DNA from: Salinivirgaceae bacterium
GTDB taxonomy: Bacteria; Bacteroidota; Bacteroidia; Bacteroidales; SZUA-534
NCBI GenBank assembly: GCA_024405635.1
Contig: JAKSOL010000007.1
Span: 32,001 to 96,000, forward strand
DNA: 64,000 bases
Direction: 5' to 3'
Shown in pieces: positions 60,701 to 64,000 of this stretch. Below the pieces are notes generated by a model. The model was not told the DNA's origin and searched no databases. It saw only the letters and a program-made list of their open reading frames with translations. The number at the start of each line of letters is the position of its first letter. The first letter of the stretch is position 1. The translations under genes and the position numbers were made by a program.

Positions 60701-61972
60701 ATGGGTAGCGGATTGTTGCGATTTAGGTTGATTTTGATGAATTTCCTCGAATTTGCAATTTGGGGTGCATATTTAACTTGTATGGGAACCTATTTGGCAT
60801 CGCATAATTTAGCGGCCAACATTGGAGTGTTTTATTCCATTCAAGGTGTGGTTTCTATTTTTATGCCAGCATTAATGGGCGTTATTGCCGATCGTTGGAT
60901 TCCTGCACAAAAGACTCTTGGTATTTGTCATATTGTTGCTGGTGTGGCAATGATAGGGGCAGGTTACTATGGTGTTATGTCGGGAGAAACGGTTCAGTTT
61001 GCTCCTTTGTTTGGTTTGTATGCTTTAGGCGTGGCGTTTTATATGCCAACACTGGCAATTTCAAATGCAGTAGCTTACAACGCACTTGATAGAGCTGGAT
61101 TAGATACAATTAAAACTTATCCGCCAATACGAATTTTTGGAACAGTTGGTTTTATAGTGTCAATGTTGTTTGTCGATTGGTTTGGATTTCAAAATTCGGC
61201 AGCACAGTTTGTTGTTAGTGGGGTGTTGGGAATAGTGCTTGGTGTGTATGCTTTTACATTGCCACATTGTGATGTTGGTTCTGCAACCGAAAAAAAATCG
61301 CTTGTAGAAGTGCTTGGGTTAAATGCTTTTGCATTATTTAAACAGAAAAAGATGGCGTTGTTTTTCATCTTTTCAATGTTGTTGGGTGTTTCGTTGCAAA
61401 TAACTAATGGCTTTGCAAATCCATTTCTTGCCAGTTTTGAAGACATATCGCAATATGCCGATACTTTTGGTGTGAAACATGCAAATACACTTATTTCAAT
61501 ATCGCAAGTGTCTGAAACACTTTGTATTTTATTAATACCTTTTTGTTTGCATAGATACGGAATAAAGCGGGTGATGCTAATTGCAATGTTTGCATGGGTG
61601 TTTCGGTTTGCATTCTTTGGATTAGGAAATCCAGGCAATGGCGTATGGCTATTTGTTCTATCGTGCATTGTATATGGAGTTGCTTTCGATTTTTTCAATA
61701 TCAGCGGGTCGTTATTTGTTGATAAGGAAACAAATGTTGAAATACGAGCATCGGCACAAGGTTTGTTTATGCTTATGACAAATGGCGTTGGTGCAACTAT
61801 TGGAACGTTAATGGCGCAAATGGTTGTTAATAGGTTTGTGTATTCGCAAACCGAGCCAATGTTAATATGGCAAGGCTGGCAAACTTCGTGGTATGTTTTT
61901 TCAGGATACGCACTTGTTGTGGCAGTGTTGTTTGCACTGATTTTTAAATACAAGCATCAGCTAGATAAATAA
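60701..61972 (+). CDS. Nucleoside:H+ symporter (NupG-like MFS)
   Basis: MNFLEFAIWGAY, YPPIRIFGTVG, SQVSE, YGVAFDFF; ATG at 60701. Confidence 0.88.
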   Translation: MGSGLLRFRLILMNFLEFAIWGAYLTCMGTYLASHNLAANIGVFYSIQGVVSIFMPALMGVIADRWIPAQKTLGICHIVAGVAMIGAGYYGVMSGETVQFAPLFGLYALGVAFYMPTLAISNAVAYNALDRAGLDTIKTYPPIRIFGTVGFIVSMLFVDWFGFQNSAAQFVVSGVLGIVLGVYAFTLPHCDVGSATEKKSLVEVLGLNAFALFKQKKMALFFIFSMLLGVSLQITNGFANPFLASFEDISQYADTFGVKHANTLISISQVSETLCILLIPFCLHRYGIKRVMLIAMFAWVFRFAFFGLGNPGNGVWLFVLSCIVYGVAFDFFNISGSLFVDKETNVEIRASAQGLFMLMTNGVGATIGTLMAQMVVNRFVYSQTEPMLIWQGWQTSWYVFSGYALVVAVLFALIFKYKHQLDK

Positions 61973-61987
61973 ATTACAAAAAATCAA

Positions 61988-62944
61988 ATGGTTATGAAAC
62001 GTATTTCGGTTGGTATTGACATAGGAGGAACCAACACTGCGCTTGGGTTGGTTGATGTTGATGGAAATGTTTTGGCTCAAGATTCGGTAAAGACTTGTGC
62101 CGATGTGAATGACGAGGTTAAAACAATTGCCGATACTATTAGCAAATTGTTGCAAAGTATTGAACCTGTTGAAGTTGTGGGTATTGGCATTGGTGCTCCA
62201 AATGGTAATTATTATAGTGGATGTATTGAAGGGGCAGCAAATCTGCATTGGAAAGGCAAAGTTGAACTTGTTAAATTGATGCGTCAGTATATTGATGTTC
62301 CTACATTTCTTACAAACGATGCAAATGCTGCAGCAATAGGTGAAATGGTGTATGGAGCGGCAAAGGGAATGAAAGATTTTATTGTGATAACGCTAGGAAC
62401 GGGGCTTGGTAGCGGTATTGTTGTTAACGGACGTTTGCTGTATGGTCACGATGGTTTTGCTGGCGAACTTGGGCATGTTAATGCTATTCGTAATGGGCGA
62501 ATTTGTGGTTGCGGACGCCGTGGCTGTGTTGAAACGTATGTTTCTGCAACTGGAGTGGTGCGTACAGCAACAGAACTATTATCGGAAAGTATGGAGCCAA
62601 GCGAGTTGCGCAGTATTCCAAACTCAGAACTTACAAGTCTTGCGGTAACACAGGCGGCTAATCGTGGCGATTCAATAGCTAAGCAAGTATTTGAGCGTAC
62701 TGGCGAAATTCTTGGTCGTGCGTTGGCTGACGCAATTGCGTTTTCTAGTCCACAAGCCATTTTCTTGTTTGGAGGATTAGCTGGCGCGGGCGATTTACTA
62801 TTTGAACCTACACGTCGAAGTTTAGACGAAAATGTACTGAGTATATTTAAAGGGAAAGCAAAAATATTGCCATCAGGATTAAAATCGAATGCTGCTATAT
62901 TGGGAGCAAGCGCTCTTGTTTGGGGTGAGCTTAATCAGAATTAA
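61988..62944 (+). CDS. ROK family sugar kinase (glucokinase-like)
   Basis: GIDIGGT, NDANAAA, TLGTGLG, GELGH, CGCGRRGCVE. Confidence 0.92.
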   Translation: MVMKRISVGIDIGGTNTALGLVDVDGNVLAQDSVKTCADVNDEVKTIADTISKLLQSIEPVEVVGIGIGAPNGNYYSGCIEGAANLHWKGKVELVKLMRQYIDVPTFLTNDANAAAIGEMVYGAAKGMKDFIVITLGTGLGSGIVVNGRLLYGHDGFAGELGHVNAIRNGRICGCGRRGCVETYVSATGVVRTATELLSESMEPSELRSIPNSELTSLAVTQAANRGDSIAKQVFERTGEILGRALADAIAFSSPQAIFLFGGLAGAGDLLFEPTRRSLDENVLSIFKGKAKILPSGLKSNAAILGASALVWGELNQN

Positions 62945-64000
62945 TTTGCTTTTGAGCTTATATGGTATTAAAGGCTGGCCAACTTGGTTAGCCTTTTTTT
63001 TGTTAAATCAAATCTGCATTCTTGAATCAATGTTGTTAAAACGCAAATTTTTGCATCCTCCTGCATTGTGAGTTCAATCAATAATCGTCGCCCATGCTGT
63101 CAGTAACCTGTGTGTCGAGTTTACGAATTCCCGAAGCAGGATTGTAGGCTAGGCCACTCTCAAGGCGTTCAAATGAAAGTTAAACTTTGCTTCTGTACAG
63201 AAGAATATACGTTCGTTATTCTTCAACTAGAATGTTCAGTGTTGGCTTTTAATCTGTTTCATTTTTTTTCTAGTTGTTTCGCTGTTGCTCAGTAATGAAG
63301 TTTATTGTGCTGATTAATAGTGGATTACTATTGATTTGACCTGCTTTTAACCTTCTGACGTTTCAATATTTGTTTTTTAGCTTGCAGTGATACGTAAATA
63401 ATTGATTTTTCAAGTGCTATTGTGGCTTTTTGCGTTTCGAAAGTAGAAAAGTGGTGTTTGTGAAATTCGGCAATCAGTTTCCTGTTGAAACAAAAGAGTA
63501 GAGTAGGAGGCGGTTCAGCTTGAGATGTGATTCTATGCTTTGGTTGAATAGTTAGCGTTTATTGTTCTTGTTTTGAAGTTTCTTGAAAAGTAACAATTTG
63601 TAAGTATTTCGAATTGTAATATAAGGTACAATCTCTATTTTTTACAATCATCAATAATTTAGTTTGTTGTGTGTAAAAGTCGCGTAATCAATCATTTACG
63701 TCATTTATTTAAAACAAAACAACAAGCAGTTGCGGCAATTAATTAAAATTTGGATTGTTTTAGGATTATTTTAAGTCACTAACTAATTAAAAATCAATAA
63801 TATATACTATTAAAGTTAAATATAAAGTTTAACCCTTAAGGCTAGAATTATAAATTTATCTATTTACATTTGTAACAATTCAAAATTTACAAATGTGATA
63901 TTTTGAAAATTTACAAATGTTACATTTGCAAAAAAGTAACAACAAAGGTTTTTATAAATGGAAATAAGTGAACGAATAAAACGAATGATAACAGCCGAAG

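Overview
Chromosomal window from a Bacteroidales-type bacterium, judged from gene content and TAnnTTTG-type promoters. About 55 kb is housekeeping: a nitrogen-assimilation cluster (dapL, GS-III, gltBD, P-II, amtB, asnB, purF, pyrG), recG/lptD/amidase/MCE, a LytTR two-component pair, an NrtR-type regulator with galKTE, dsbD, RNase E/G, bS22, HU, alaS, an RprXY-like pair, purU, a preQ1-riboswitch yhhQ-queC-queF operon and transporters. The exception is 47797-56799. There a type II-C-like cas1-cas2 pair with no effector gene sits beside 8 copies of a 35-bp CRISPR-type repeat (GTTTTACATAATGCTCAAACTCAGACAAGTAAAAC). The repeats are separated by segments of 412-2350 bp rather than ~30-bp spacers. These segments are foreign-looking DNA, mostly cut mid-gene, in both orientations, carrying phage/MGE genes, toxin-antitoxin parts and five apparently complete genes. 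The two repeats farthest from cas2 are degenerate, and two segments are divergent versions of the same donor locus. The best reading, which is inference, is a polarized Cas1-Cas2-built array with gene-sized spacers. All protein assignments come from motif recognition by eye; no searches were run.
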